DNA of 64,000 bases from Candidatus Parcubacteria bacterium (GTDB lineage: Bacteria > Patescibacteriota > Minisyncoccia > Phycocordibacterales > CAIZLB01): NCBI GenBank assembly GCA_039795775.1, contig JBDKLC010000005.1, positions 3,654-67,653 of the forward strand, given 5' to 3'. Position numbers and translations under genes: made by a program. Shown here in pieces: positions 10,641-21,169 of this stretch. Below the pieces are notes generated by a model, which worked only from the letters and a program-made list of their open reading frames with translations, was not told the origin of the DNA and ran no database searches. Position 1 is the first letter of the stretch. Each line of letters starts with the position of its first letter.

Positions 10641-10665
10641 GTTTCTCTCCAATATATACTTATAT

Positions 10666-10709
10666 AAGTAACGAAAAACAGCCCCTTAAAGGGCTGTTTT
10701 TCGTTACTT
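10666..10709. terminator. Intrinsic terminator after pyk
   Basis: 19-bp perfect arms AAGTAACGAAAAACAGCCC/GGGCTGTTTTTCGTTACTT with a 6-nt loop. Confidence 0.85.
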
Positions 10710-10743
10710 GTCATATTTATCAATACTAGTATGATGATGAATC

Positions 10744-11469
10744 ATGACATCGAATACATCTAAACACATCCATATTGCGACATCAAAAGCTCCAGCAGAG
10801 GAGGCCGGAAAGTATATTAGTGACATCTTAGCCCTTTCTATCGATAAGCCAGTTCTTTTGCTCGTGGCTGGTGGCTCAGCAATGTCAGTTCTTGAATATA
10901 TCAATCCTGAATATATCGAAAATAATCTTACCGTGACAGTTACAGACGAACGATTCACAGAAGATGTTGGTGACAACAACTTTGCAACAATGCAGACATA
11001 CCCGTTCTATAATAGTCTCATTGATGTTGATGCTTTTTGTATTAACACAGAACTTTTTGCCGGTGACACAATCGAATTATTTAGAGATCGATTTGAAAAA
11101 AACATCCGAGATTGGAAAAAAGAATTTCTAAATGGAGTAATTATCGGATTGTTTGGTATGGGAGCAGATGGCCATGTTGCTGGCATTATTCCTGGTATTT
11201 ATAGTGAAGAAGAATTTGCAAAGAAATTTGACGGGGAAGCATATGCTACAGATGTAGATGCAACAGGCAAAAACGAGCACCCACTTCGAATGACAACAAC
11301 ATTCCCATTTATGAGGATGATTGATCATCCACTCTTCTATATTGTGGGGGAAAACAAACGTGATGCGTTGGTACGAGCGACAGCTACTGAAGGAACTCTC
11401 TTCGAGACTCCGGCTCGTATCATGCTCGAAATGAATAATCCTGAAATATTTACCGATTTAGCGCTATAA
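10744..11469 (+). CDS. pgl: 6-phosphogluconolactonase / glucosamine-6-P isomerase family protein
   Basis: LLLVAGGSA, VTDERF, GMGADGHVAGI, RMTTT, GENKRDAL. Confidence 0.75.
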   Translation: MTSNTSKHIHIATSKAPAEEAGKYISDILALSIDKPVLLLVAGGSAMSVLEYINPEYIENNLTVTVTDERFTEDVGDNNFATMQTYPFYNSLIDVDAFCINTELFAGDTIELFRDRFEKNIRDWKKEFLNGVIIGLFGMGADGHVAGIIPGIYSEEEFAKKFDGEAYATDVDATGKNEHPLRMTTTFPFMRMIDHPLFYIVGENKRDALVRATATEGTLFETPARIMLEMNNPEIFTDLAL

Positions 11470-11544
11470 ACAAGCCTCTATTCTAGATCATTTCTTTAGA
11501 ATTTTTTTAAAAACATTTAATCGACCTATAGTATACTTATCTCT

Positions 11545-12288
11545 ATGACAAAAGTAGCAACATATACTCTTAAAGATAGCGATTTGCTTATGACAACTCA
11601 GTCAACAGATCGACGATATATATTAAAACTTCGAGACTTACCCGATGCTCTTAAGCCACGAGAAAAGCTTGTTTCGTATGGAGCAGAGACATTATCTCTC
11701 CAAGAGTTGTTGGCTGTTGTACTAAACACGGGCACAAAGAAAGAAGACGTACTCGAGATGTCACGACGTATTGTTCGAGAATATGGCAACAGTGCTCTTG
11801 CCGGCCAGAAGAGCCCTCAGGCTCTTGCAAGTGATCTCGATATACCAATTCTCAAAGCTTGTCAGATTATTGCATGTGGTGAGATTGGCCGACGACTTCA
11901 CAAAAAGAACGAGAGTGGTCTTGCTGTTATTCGTACAGCAACAGATGTGTATGAATATCTCAAAGACATGCACAATCTCCCGAAAGAGCAGCTTCGTGGA
12001 ATTTATCTCGATACTCACAACCGTGTAATTCACGATGAAGTTATTTCTATTGGAACAATTAATTCAAATATTGTTCATCCACGAGAAGTTTTCAAACCAG
12101 CACTAGAGTACGGTGCAGCTGCTGTTATTCTCGCGCACAACCATCCTTCTGGTATGGCAGAACCCTCTGAAGCTGACATCCAAATCACAAAGCAGCTTAT
12201 CCAAGCAGGGAAGCTCATTGGTATTCATCTCTTAGATCACATCGTCGTAACTCGAGATTCATTTACAAGTATCGAGTTAGACTACTAA
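11545..12288 (+). CDS. radC: RadC-family JAB domain protein
   Basis: KPREKL..LSLQELLAVVL, VHPREVFK, LAHNHPSG..PSEAD, LLDHIVV. Confidence 0.95.
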   Translation: MTKVATYTLKDSDLLMTTQSTDRRYILKLRDLPDALKPREKLVSYGAETLSLQELLAVVLNTGTKKEDVLEMSRRIVREYGNSALAGQKSPQALASDLDIPILKACQIIACGEIGRRLHKKNESGLAVIRTATDVYEYLKDMHNLPKEQLRGIYLDTHNRVIHDEVISIGTINSNIVHPREVFKPALEYGAAAVILAHNHPSGMAEPSEADIQITKQLIQAGKLIGIHLLDHIVVTRDSFTSIELDY

Positions 12289-12290
12289 AT

Positions 12291-12989
12291 ATGTCTACAC
12301 TGTACGTTGTAGCTACTCCTATCGGTAACCTTGAAGATATCACTCTTCGGGCTCTTCGAATTCTCAAAGAAGTCGACCTCGTACTTTGTGAAGATACTCG
12401 AGTTACAAAGAAGCTTTTGTCTCATTTTGATATTCATACTCCGACTATGAGCTTCCACGCCAACAGTACATTGGCAAAAGTAGATCAAATTATTGCTCAA
12501 CTCCAAGAAGGAAAAAATCTCGCGCTCGTGACTGATGCCGGTACACCAGCTATTTCAGATCCAGGATCACTTCTTGTATCAAAAGTAAAAGAAGCTATGG
12601 GTGAAGAAGTAAAGATTGTTTCAGTACCGGGTGCTAGTGCTCTCACAGCGGCTTTATCTATAGCCGGACTTCCTGTTCACGAATTTACGTTCATAGGATT
12701 TTTACCACACAAAAAAGGCCGAGAAACACTTTTTAAACAGATCTTCGAATCAGAACGAGCTATCGTGTTATACGAGTCGCCACACCGAATTATGAAGACA
12801 CTCGAATCACTTGCATCTCACGCTGTGTCATCTGCTCAAACAGAACGAAAAATCACTATTGCAAGAGAGATTACAAAAATATTTGAAGAGATTGTATCAG
12901 GTACTGCAGCAGAAATGTTGCACTACTATACATCACATGAAGATAAAGTAAGGGGTGAGTTTGTTGTGATTATTGGTCCTCGTGTATAA
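12291..12989 (+). CDS. rsmI: 16S rRNA C1402 2'-O-methyltransferase
   Basis: LYVVATPIGNLEDITLRA, CEDTR, DAGTPAISDPG, YESPHR, REITKIFEE, RGEFV. Confidence 0.96.
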   Translation: MSTLYVVATPIGNLEDITLRALRILKEVDLVLCEDTRVTKKLLSHFDIHTPTMSFHANSTLAKVDQIIAQLQEGKNLALVTDAGTPAISDPGSLLVSKVKEAMGEEVKIVSVPGASALTAALSIAGLPVHEFTFIGFLPHKKGRETLFKQIFESERAIVLYESPHRIMKTLESLASHAVSSAQTERKITIAREITKIFEEIVSGTAAEMLHYYTSHEDKVRGEFVVIIGPRV

Positions 12990-12996
12990 TACGAAC

Positions 12997-13155
12997 ATGA
13001 CAAAACGAACGCTCGGTATCATTCTTGGTCTTTGGGTAGCGGTACTCCCGTTTCTCGGATTTCCTACTGACTGGAAGAAAGGTATTATAGTTGTTTCTGG
13101 CGTTGTACTAGCAATTCTTTCTTATCTTAATGTCAAAAAGACAAACATCATTTAA
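12997..13155 (+). CDS. Small two-TM membrane protein (52 aa)
   Basis: MTKRTLGIILGLWVAVLPFLGFPTDWK..; ATG 6 nt after TATAAT. Confidence 0.65.
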   Translation: MTKRTLGIILGLWVAVLPFLGFPTDWKKGIIVVSGVVLAILSYLNVKKTNII

Positions 13156-14404
13156 TTCGAATCTTCGAAACGCGTTCGTTAGTGTCTCTCTTCTTATTGT
13201 TGTAGTGGCCGTTGGTGTTGTATACATGTTGCATGTATTTGAGATGAAAGGTGTAAATAAGAATCTCATAGCTTCAGTATCACAGGGTGCTACAGCCACT
13301 CCAGATGTAGAAGTTCCTTTGAAGCCAATAGTTACTCATGTTGCTACACCAGATGCTGTAAAAGGTATTTATATGTCGAGTTGGGTTGGGGGAGTTCAAA
13401 AACTTCGAAACCATATTATTGAACTCGTTGATTCAAGTGAAGTGAATAGTATTGTTATTGATATTAAAGACGCAACTGGCAAAGTGGCATTTACTACTGA
13501 CGATGCATCTCTCAATGCTGTGGGTTGTATAGAAAACCGTATTCCAGACATAAAAGACTTCATCAAAGAGCTCCATGAAAAAAATATTTATGTAATTGGC
13601 CGTGTGTCTACATTTCAAGATCCGTGTTTTGTAGCAAAGCATCCCGAGCTTGCCGTTAAAACTCAAGATGGTCTGCGTGTTTGGAAAGACAGAAAAGGAA
13701 TATCTTGGATAGATGCAGGAGCAAAAGAAGCTTGGGATTACAATGTTCAGATAGCAAAAGCTTCACACGATATTGGATTTGATGAAATTAACTTTGACTA
13801 TATTCGATTCCCATCAGATGGAAATATGAAAGATATCTCTTTTCCATATAGTGGTACAAAAAGTAAGCCTTTGGTTATTAGAGAATTCTTTCAATACTTA
13901 GATGCAGAGTTACACTCACAGCCTATTATTGCTTCTACAGTCGGTACAACCACTCCTCAAAAAGCAGATCCACGAAAAGATGATAAGGGCAACCTTATAG
14001 AAAACATAACAATCTCTGCTGATTTGTTTGGTATGGTAACAACAAACAAAGATGATCTCGGTATTGGTCAGGTCCTCGAAAATGCCCTCCCATACGTAGA
14101 CTTTGTATCACCGATGGTGTATCCATCTCATTTTCCAGCTACATGGAATGGTATTCCAAATCCAGCCGCCAAACCATATGACGTGATTCATATTTCAATG
14201 AAACGTGCTGCCGAAAGAGCTACAGCAATGGGTATCGATGTACACAAGCTCCGACCGTGGCTTCAAGAGTTCAACTTAGGCGCTGTATATACTGCAGACA
14301 TGATCCGAGCACAGATGCAGGCTACCTATGATGTAGGTCTCAACAGCTGGCTTATTTGGAATCCTTCAAATAAATATAACGCTTCAGCGTATCTCCCAAA
14401 CTAG
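13130..14404 (+). CDS. Membrane-anchored putative glycoside hydrolase (DUF4015-like TIM barrel)
   Basis: N-terminal TM; VKGIYM, NSIVIDIKD..G, GFDEINFDYIRFP, SPMVYPSH, RPWLQ. Confidence 0.8.
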   Translation: MSKRQTSFNSNLRNAFVSVSLLIVVVAVGVVYMLHVFEMKGVNKNLIASVSQGATATPDVEVPLKPIVTHVATPDAVKGIYMSSWVGGVQKLRNHIIELVDSSEVNSIVIDIKDATGKVAFTTDDASLNAVGCIENRIPDIKDFIKELHEKNIYVIGRVSTFQDPCFVAKHPELAVKTQDGLRVWKDRKGISWIDAGAKEAWDYNVQIAKASHDIGFDEINFDYIRFPSDGNMKDISFPYSGTKSKPLVIREFFQYLDAELHSQPIIASTVGTTTPQKADPRKDDKGNLIENITISADLFGMVTTNKDDLGIGQVLENALPYVDFVSPMVYPSHFPATWNGIPNPAAKPYDVIHISMKRAAERATAMGIDVHKLRPWLQEFNLGAVYTADMIRAQMQATYDVGLNSWLIWNPSNKYNASAYLPN

Positions 14405-14452
14405 CTTTTTACTTAGCCCTATATCTGATATATACTACTGATATAAGGTTCT

Positions 14453-16846
14453 ATGAATGAAGAAGAAAAAGTAACATATTTCGCCGAAACAGACGCTCGA
14501 AATCAGCGACTGAAATTCGGTATCAAATCAAAAGACCGAACACGACACATGTACGTGATTGGTAAAACGGGTATGGGTAAATCTACCTTACTCGAAAACC
14601 TTGCTGTTCAAGATATTCAGAACGGTAACGGTCTCGCATTCATTGATCCGCACGGCAAAACAGCCGATCTTCTCCTCGAATACATTCCAGAGCATCGAAT
14701 CAACGATGTAGTGTATTTTGCACCGTTCGATATGGAGCACCCTGTATCTTTCAACGTAATGGAAGACGTAGGAGCAGAACGACGTCACCTCGTAGCAAGT
14801 GGTCTCATGAGTGCATTCAAAAAGATTTGGGTGGATGCATGGTCTGCGCGAATGGAATACATTTTGGGAAATATTATGCTCGCGCTTCTTGAGTACCCTG
14901 GTTCGACACTTATTGGTGTAAACAGAATGCTTGCGGACAAAAACTTCCGAAATAAAGTTGTCGACAACATTACTGATCCTTCAGTAAAATCATTTTGGGT
15001 AGATGAATATGCCAAGTACACCGAGAAATTCGCTGCCGAAGCTGCACCTGCAATTCAAAACAAGGTAGGTCAATTCGTTGCCAATCCACTTGTGCGAAAT
15101 ATTATTGGTCAGCCAAAATCTACATTTGATATTCGAAAGATTATGGATGAGAAAAAGATTCTCATTATCAACCTTTCAAAAGGGCGAGTAGGTGAATCAA
15201 ATGCCAACCTTCTTGGAAGTATGCTTATTACAAAGATTTATCTCGCGGCTATGTCACGAGCGGATCTCAACGAAAAGCAGCTCAAAGAAGCTCCACAGTT
15301 TTATCTCTACGTGGATGAATTCCAGTCATTTGCCAATGAATCGTTTGCTGACATTTTATCAGAAGCCCGAAAGTATAAACTTAACCTTACAGTTGCTCAC
15401 CAGTATATTGAACAAATGAGTGAGGAAGTGCGTGCTGCCGTGTTCGGAAACGTGGGTACTATGGTCACATTTCGAGTGGGCGCATATGATGCTGAAGTAT
15501 TGGAAAAAGAATTCTCACCACAATTTCTTGCAACAGATATTGTGAATCTTCAGCAGTACCAGATGTATCTCAAACTCATGATTGATGGTGTAAGTTCTCA
15601 GCCATTCTCAGCTACAGGTATGTCTCCGATTGCAAAGCCTGAAAAAATGTACGTACAAGAAATTATTGATGCATCTCGAAGAAACTTTGCAAAACCTCGA
15701 TATGAAGTAGAAGATGAAATTCGACGATGGCACGAAAATCCATTTACTGAAAACCCAAGTGCCAGTGGTGCAGCAAGTAGTGGGGGAAATACGAGCGGTG
15801 GAAGTCGAGAAGGACGAGATGGAAATCGCGACAATAGAGGATCTCGAGATGGAGGTGGTCAAGGAGGAGGAGAACGACGATCATCTGACAGACAAGGTGG
15901 ATCTAGTATGCAAGGAGGACGTGACAATGCACCTCGAAGCAACAGTTCTGGTCGAGACAATAGAGACAGCAGAGACAACGGAGGTCAACCTATGATCTCT
16001 GGAGGTAGTCGACCTGAGAGGCAAGGAGAGAGACAGGATAGACCTCGAGATGTCTCACGAGATAATCGAGATCGAAATGATCGAGGCGATCGGAATGAAA
16101 GAAGTGACCGTGGAGACCGGGGTGATCGGCCAACTTCTGATCGACCAGCATCAGGTTCAAAGAAAGATAAAGAAAACCGAGAAGCTGAACTTCGAAAAGC
16201 TATTTCTTTGAGTTACCTCAAGGCAGAGCCAGATAAAAAGAACGATCAAAAGTCAGGCAAACCTGAAAACATTGCGGCACTCCGTGATGCACTTATTACT
16301 GTTATGCAAGACGCAAAAGTGGATACGTCGTCTATGGAAGCAGCTATAGAGCAAGCAACATCTGAAGACACTCCGTCTACTCAGTCGGCTGCTCCTTCTT
16401 CTGTGCAGCACAACCAGCCTCAACAGATCAAGCCAAAGACTCATATCAACTTTAAGACGGCTCAACCAGTTTCTTCGAATAGACCTCAGTCACAAGTTCA
16501 GAACCAAGAGTCAAAACAGTATCAAACACAGATGTCCCAGCCCGTAGTTCAGCCTCGAGCAGAAGAGCCAGTAGTAGAAGCATCAGCTATACATACACCT
16601 ACACAAACAACACAGACTACTCAAACACAATCAACAGAACGGGATGAACAACCGATTCAGTCTCCTCGTCCAACACAACAATCTACACCTGTAGAACCTC
16701 GATTTTCTCAGACAACACAAACACAGCCAGAACCTGAATCACCAAAAAAACAGACGTATCAAGAGTCAGCGGCGCATCAGACTCGAAGAGATCCAGCTGA
16801 AGTACCTGAAGAAGTTCTAAAAAAGATTCTTAACGTACAAGAATAA
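14453..16846 (+). CDS. VirD4/TraD (type IV coupling protein)-like ATPase with a long disordered C-tail
   Basis: RHMYVIGKTGMGKS (Walker A), IDPHG, YLYVDEFQ (Walker B), LSEARKY, AHQYIEQ; R/D/G-rich and Q/P/T-rich tail. Confidence 0.85.
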   Translation: MNEEEKVTYFAETDARNQRLKFGIKSKDRTRHMYVIGKTGMGKSTLLENLAVQDIQNGNGLAFIDPHGKTADLLLEYIPEHRINDVVYFAPFDMEHPVSFNVMEDVGAERRHLVASGLMSAFKKIWVDAWSARMEYILGNIMLALLEYPGSTLIGVNRMLADKNFRNKVVDNITDPSVKSFWVDEYAKYTEKFAAEAAPAIQNKVGQFVANPLVRNIIGQPKSTFDIRKIMDEKKILIINLSKGRVGESNANLLGSMLITKIYLAAMSRADLNEKQLKEAPQFYLYVDEFQSFANESFADILSEARKYKLNLTVAHQYIEQMSEEVRAAVFGNVGTMVTFRVGAYDAEVLEKEFSPQFLATDIVNLQQYQMYLKLMIDGVSSQPFSATGMSPIAKPEKMYVQEIIDASRRNFAKPRYEVEDEIRRWHENPFTENPSASGAASSGGNTSGGSREGRDGNRDNRGSRDGGGQGGGERRSSDRQGGSSMQGGRDNAPRSNSSGRDNRDSRDNGGQPMISGGSRPERQGERQDRPRDVSRDNRDRNDRGDRNERSDRGDRGDRPTSDRPASGSKKDKENREAELRKAISLSYLKAEPDKKNDQKSGKPENIAALRDALITVMQDAKVDTSSMEAAIEQATSEDTPSTQSAAPSSVQHNQPQQIKPKTHINFKTAQPVSSNRPQSQVQNQESKQYQTQMSQPVVQPRAEEPVVEASAIHTPTQTTQTTQTQSTERDEQPIQSPRPTQQSTPVEPRFSQTTQTQPEPESPKKQTYQESAAHQTRRDPAEVPEEVLKKILNVQE

Positions 16847-17608
16847 TATTCGTGCGTACGATCTCAAAAGACCTGGAATATATCCTGGGTAATTATTTTT
16901 GTATGTCTGTATAAGGTCAAGAGTTATCTTGTTCATTTCGAGAGCTTTTGCACTACTTGCACTACTTTTTCTAATAGTATATTCAACATCACAGCCATCA
17001 AGGTTTGCGATTTTTCCTTCGATACCCATACGGAACCAGAGATCATAATCTTCGTTGAGGTACATTGGTTTGAATCCACCCACTTTCAAATATGCCTCTT
17101 TTCGAAACATAACAGATGAAGTCGTAAAACAATTTCGTTGAAGTAAGACCGCTCGAATATCTTCATCTCGAGTGGGGTTCTTGTGTGTACGAATAGGGGA
17201 GCCGTCTTCTTTGACAATATTGATTGTGCTTGAACCAACCAAGAGATGTTCGTGATGGTCATCGAGGAAATCATGCTGCTTTTGTAGTTTTTGAGGAGAA
17301 AGCCACAAATCATCGTCGTCAATAAAGGCGATATATTTGCCCGTAGCTTCTTTGATACCAATGTCTCGGGCAACTCCGGGGCCAACGTTCTTAGGAAGAT
17401 TAACGAGTCGTAATCGTGGTTCAAATGTTTTGAGTTCGTTTACTACAGTAGCTGTGCTATCAGTACTGCCATCGTTAATGATGAGAACTTCAAGCATGTG
17501 CTGGGTATGAGTATCATTTGCAAATGACTGCTCGAATACACTTTTGATTGCTCGAGAAATAAAAGCTGCACCGTTTTTTGTGGCAATAATGACGCTGATG
17601 TTACTCAT
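16817..17608 (-). CDS. Glycosyltransferase family 2
   Basis: ISVIIATKN, INDGSTD, YIAFIDDDD, EDYDLW. Confidence 0.9.
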   Translation of the reverse strand: MSNISVIIATKNGAAFISRAIKSVFEQSFANDTHTQHMLEVLIINDGSTDSTATVVNELKTFEPRLRLVNLPKNVGPGVARDIGIKEATGKYIAFIDDDDLWLSPQKLQKQHDFLDDHHEHLLVGSSTINIVKEDGSPIRTHKNPTRDEDIRAVLLQRNCFTTSSVMFRKEAYLKVGGFKPMYLNEDYDLWFRMGIEGKIANLDGCDVEYTIRKSSASSAKALEMNKITLDLIQTYKNNYPGYIPGLLRSYARILFLYVKNLF

Positions 17609-17639
17609 ATATGTGTCTATTATACAATATTACGGTCTA

Positions 17640-18518
17640 TTAGATTCGTATCCAGTCTGAAGGAGTGGCATTGGTCGTGTCTACGGTGTGTGATTGAATC
17701 CACTGTTTTGGACCTACAACAACCTTTGATGCTGAAGGGTTAAGCCATGCACCCCACCAACTAAATGAACTGTTGGCGATGATATGGTGTGAACAGTTGC
17801 TCATGAGTACAAGTTCCTCGTATTCTTGAATATCAGGTGATGAGACATAATTGATGGTGATGTCTTTTGTCTGTAGATGTTGCTTGGCCCAGTTTATATC
17901 ATCTGAAAATACAAAAAGCTGAATATTTTTTGATTCTTTCTTTTGAATTTCTTCGATAGCTTTGTAGTAGTAGTCGAGTTGAAGTACGCCATGATGGGCT
18001 GCTGCATGTTTGTTTGTGACATAGTCACCTCGGCGAATATGAAGTGATACTGGTGCGAAGCCGGCTTCTTTTAGTTCTTTTATTTTGAGATACAGAGACT
18101 GTGCAGATACCCCAAGTGGTTTCTTTGGTGTGAAGTCTGATCGGATTGCATCAGCGAAGTCTTTGAAATAATCGTCAGTTTGCCACCAGCCTTCGAGATA
18201 TGAACCGTCTTTTGGTGAGAGTATCGCTGTGTTTGTTTTGTACCAGTTTGTAGCAAAGATCCTGTTTTGTATAATTCTTTTTAATTTATGAAAAGGATTT
18301 TTTGTTTTTGAAATATCAGATACTGATGCTTCAGGGAGTGTAACATTAAAATTAGTGAGTCGAAGAGGACGCACTGTATCGCGGGCGGCTGTGCCGCCCG
18401 CGATATATTCAGTGAGGTCATATGCCACATCCCACCCAGTTCGCAGAGCGATAGTTTTGCCTACTGCATACTGAAACATTTGATTGCCGAGGCCACCTTT
18501 AAGCTTGACGATTATCAT
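17640..18518 (-). CDS. Alpha-1,2-fucosyltransferase-like (GT11)
   Basis: GGLGNQMFQYA, HIRRGDY, FSDD, IIANSSFSWWGAWL. Confidence 0.92.
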   Translation of the reverse strand: MIIVKLKGGLGNQMFQYAVGKTIALRTGWDVAYDLTEYIAGGTAARDTVRPLRLTNFNVTLPEASVSDISKTKNPFHKLKRIIQNRIFATNWYKTNTAILSPKDGSYLEGWWQTDDYFKDFADAIRSDFTPKKPLGVSAQSLYLKIKELKEAGFAPVSLHIRRGDYVTNKHAAAHHGVLQLDYYYKAIEEIQKKESKNIQLFVFSDDINWAKQHLQTKDITINYVSSPDIQEYEELVLMSNCSHHIIANSSFSWWGAWLNPSASKVVVGPKQWIQSHTVDTTNATPSDWIRI

Positions 18519-19446
18519 GTTGAATATAGTTACTCATAAGGGTGAGATACTTTTTTGTAGCAACAGTGTCTGTAAAGTGTTCGAGGCTGTATGCTCGAGG
18601 TCGTAAACGAGAGTAGTGCTCAGTGAGCTTTTGGAGCTGAGTGCCGAAGTCAGATTCATCTTTGAAGAAATATCCGCATGAGGCCATGAGATAAGGTGCG
18701 CTAATCTTTGTATCTTTCCAATAGAAATCTTCGTGTTCCCAGAACCCACGATTCCATACGAGTGTAGGAACATCTCGGATCCATGCTTCGTGAAGGGCGA
18801 GCCCCTGACTTTCAGATTCAGAGAGATAAATCATAAATGCAGAAGATTCGAGTTTTCGATAAAAATCTTCTTGTTTAAAAAAACCATAGTGAACCACTGT
18901 GAACGGAATATCTCGGGCAGACAAGTCATTCATAACTGCTTTTACTAATTCTTCAGGAGCATTCTTTTGATAAATAAGAACTTGAAGCCGTTTTGATCGT
19001 GGAATTGGAGGTACTCCGGGATCTACTACACCAGCAGCCCATACTTTTATTTTATCTTTGAGTGAAGGAATCTGATAGATATAAAAATCACGCACCCATG
19101 GTGATGGCACAATGAGCATATCGATAAGTGGATTGTCTAAGAGCTTTTTGTGGTCGAGAGGAGAGATAGTAATAGTCGGACCAGCCACAAGTGTTCGAAA
19201 TGCTCCTTTTCGTTTGAGAGCTAACGCTTCTTTGAGTGTCTGGACGCCAGAAACCACATGCACAACATCAGATGGGCTTGTTGGATATGTATCCATTCGA
19301 AATGGAACGCCTTGTTCTTGAAGACCAACAGAAAGACTTCGAACAACTGACGCGGGGCCACGTACTTTATTTTTGATATTTCGAAAATAGACTTTCCATC
19401 GACCGAGGGAAAAGAAACTTTTTGGTGAAGTCCACAGGAGTAACAT
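18499..19446 (-). CDS. GT-B fold glycosyltransferase (GT4-like)
   Basis: IVPSPWV, SESQGLALHEAW..VPTLV. Confidence 0.7.
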   Translation of the reverse strand: MLLLWTSPKSFFSLGRWKVYFRNIKNKVRGPASVVRSLSVGLQEQGVPFRMDTYPTSPSDVVHVVSGVQTLKEALALKRKGAFRTLVAGPTITISPLDHKKLLDNPLIDMLIVPSPWVRDFYIYQIPSLKDKIKVWAAGVVDPGVPPIPRSKRLQVLIYQKNAPEELVKAVMNDLSARDIPFTVVHYGFFKQEDFYRKLESSAFMIYLSESESQGLALHEAWIRDVPTLVWNRGFWEHEDFYWKDTKISAPYLMASCGYFFKDESDFGTQLQKLTEHYSRLRPRAYSLEHFTDTVATKKYLTLMSNYIQHDNRQA

Positions 19447-19460
19447 GCTAGTACTTTACC

Positions 19461-20210
19461 TTATTTTTTTACAAACCAGAATAGTCCACAACCGTATGTT
19501 TCATTGTCTGATTGAGCCTCTGTGGCGTTGGTGATAATACCACCATCTTTTTCCTGTTCTGGGACGAGTGAAAACTCACGAAGTTCGAATTCAGGGAAGT
19601 AGCTGAGGACCTGCTTATAGCTATAGATTCGGTGGGCATTAAACATGATTTTAGGCTTGCCTACAGGTGTTACGAACAAGAGGGAACCCCCTTGTCGTAC
19701 AACGCGTTTAAGCTCATTTATTGCCTTTATATCGCCTTCTGGGTCGATAGGGTCACCGTATCGGCCGAGCCCAATGTGCTCTATCGTATGCATACACGAA
19801 AGTGAGGCCAATTCACTGTCCTGGAAGGGCAGTTTCATGAGGTCGCCTTCTTTGCTTTCTAGGTCTGAAAGGTAAAGAGGAGCTGGTCGATAGTCGTAAA
19901 AATGCACAGGTACAAAGGCTGATACAATGCCACAGAAATAGAGACTTGAAGAAATATCTACATGAAACGCTGGGTTTATCTCTTTTACCTTTCGAGCTGC
20001 CCACGATGTGTGATACACATAGTGCCGGTCAAATCCTGTAAGTCGAGTCTTATCGAAGATCTGTGGAAAGACGTCACTGATGTTTGTAGAAAAACGTTGT
20101 TTCGAATCTCTGTTTCTGTACACGATATAATCGAGTGCGATAAAGAGGAATAATGGAAAATAAATAACTTTTTTTATAAATCTCAGTGTTGATCGAAGTG
20201 ATGATGGCAT
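19461..20210 (-). CDS. DUF268-type SAM-methyltransferase-like protein
   Basis: HVDISS, SLSCMHTIEHIGLGRYGDPIDPEGD, FNAHRIY. Confidence 0.8.
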   Translation of the reverse strand: MPSSLRSTLRFIKKVIYFPLFLFIALDYIVYRNRDSKQRFSTNISDVFPQIFDKTRLTGFDRHYVYHTSWAARKVKEINPAFHVDISSSLYFCGIVSAFVPVHFYDYRPAPLYLSDLESKEGDLMKLPFQDSELASLSCMHTIEHIGLGRYGDPIDPEGDIKAINELKRVVRQGGSLLFVTPVGKPKIMFNAHRIYSYKQVLSYFPEFELREFSLVPEQEKDGGIITNATEAQSDNETYGCGLFWFVKK

Positions 20211-20220
20211 TGTGGTGAAT

Positions 20221-21165
20221 TTAACTAATAATACGTGTGGCTTTTCGTTTAAGGGAACGGACTATATTAAATGGTTTGTTCCCCAAGTATGCCATACCTA
20301 ACTTAATATATGAAAGTGCGTTAAATGGATGTATTTTGATTGATTTTTTAAGATAATGAATTGCTTGCTTTTGTTCTTTGTTATAAAGATGAAGTCCAGC
20401 AATTGAATGGAGCACATTACTATAACTCGATGGAAATTTTAAAAAAGTATTTTCATATTTTGTAATAATGTGAGTTAAATCTCTGAGACGTTCTTTTGAT
20501 GAGGTTAATATATTTGAAGTATTGTTGTTGTGTATATGATATCGGACAAGCACGTCTGGCAAGAATATATAGGGAATATCTTGATCAATCATTCTCGTAA
20601 CTAGATCAAAATCTGCGAACATCTTAAGTTGTGTATCAAGGTATCCTACTTTTTCTAGTACGGATCTTTTAATACAAAGCATACTAAAGGTATTAAAGTA
20701 TTTCCCAGCAAGCAATTCTTTTTTTGAAAGACTACCTTTTGTTATTTTAACTTTAGCCGTCGTTATTAATCCTGTTAGATCATTAATATGTTCAACATTT
20801 GAAGCAATGAATCCTATTTGTGGATTTAAAGTAAAAAAAGTATGTAGAATTTCTAGTTTGTTTGATCTCCATTCATCGTCATGGTCGAGAAATGCGATAT
20901 AGCTACCTTTCGAAACATCAATACCAACATTTGTAGGAACTGTTGGTCCACCAGAGTTAGTCGTAGTAATTACTTTTATTCGTGAATCTTCAGAACTAAG
21001 CTCAAGTAAAATAGTTGAGGTCTCGTCCTTTGAACCATCATCAATAATAATAAGTTCAAAATCTGAGTACGTTTGTTGAAGTACGCTGGTTACAGTCCTT
21101 CTGATAAATTGTTCACTATTATAAGTAGGAATAATTACACTAAAAAAAGGATTTTTCTGTGACAT
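20221..21165 (-). CDS. Glycosyltransferase family 2
   Basis: FSVIIPTYN, IIDDGSKD, YIAFLDHDD. Confidence 0.9.
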   Translation of the reverse strand: MSQKNPFFSVIIPTYNSEQFIRRTVTSVLQQTYSDFELIIIDDGSKDETSTILLELSSEDSRIKVITTTNSGGPTVPTNVGIDVSKGSYIAFLDHDDEWRSNKLEILHTFFTLNPQIGFIASNVEHINDLTGLITTAKVKITKGSLSKKELLAGKYFNTFSMLCIKRSVLEKVGYLDTQLKMFADFDLVTRMIDQDIPYIFLPDVLVRYHIHNNNTSNILTSSKERLRDLTHIITKYENTFLKFPSSYSNVLHSIAGLHLYNKEQKQAIHYLKKSIKIHPFNALSYIKLGMAYLGNKPFNIVRSLKRKATRIIS

Positions 21166-21169
21166 ATCG

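Noticed and set aside
15800-16145. GATCG/GACCG-rich quasi-repeats as a CRISPR or tandem array
   Set aside because: No constant repeat-spacer period; explained by Arg/Asp/Gly low-complexity coding
14453-16846. Conjugative element/ICE
   Set aside because: No relaxase, VirB4 or other T4SS genes; host-like codon usage among housekeeping genes
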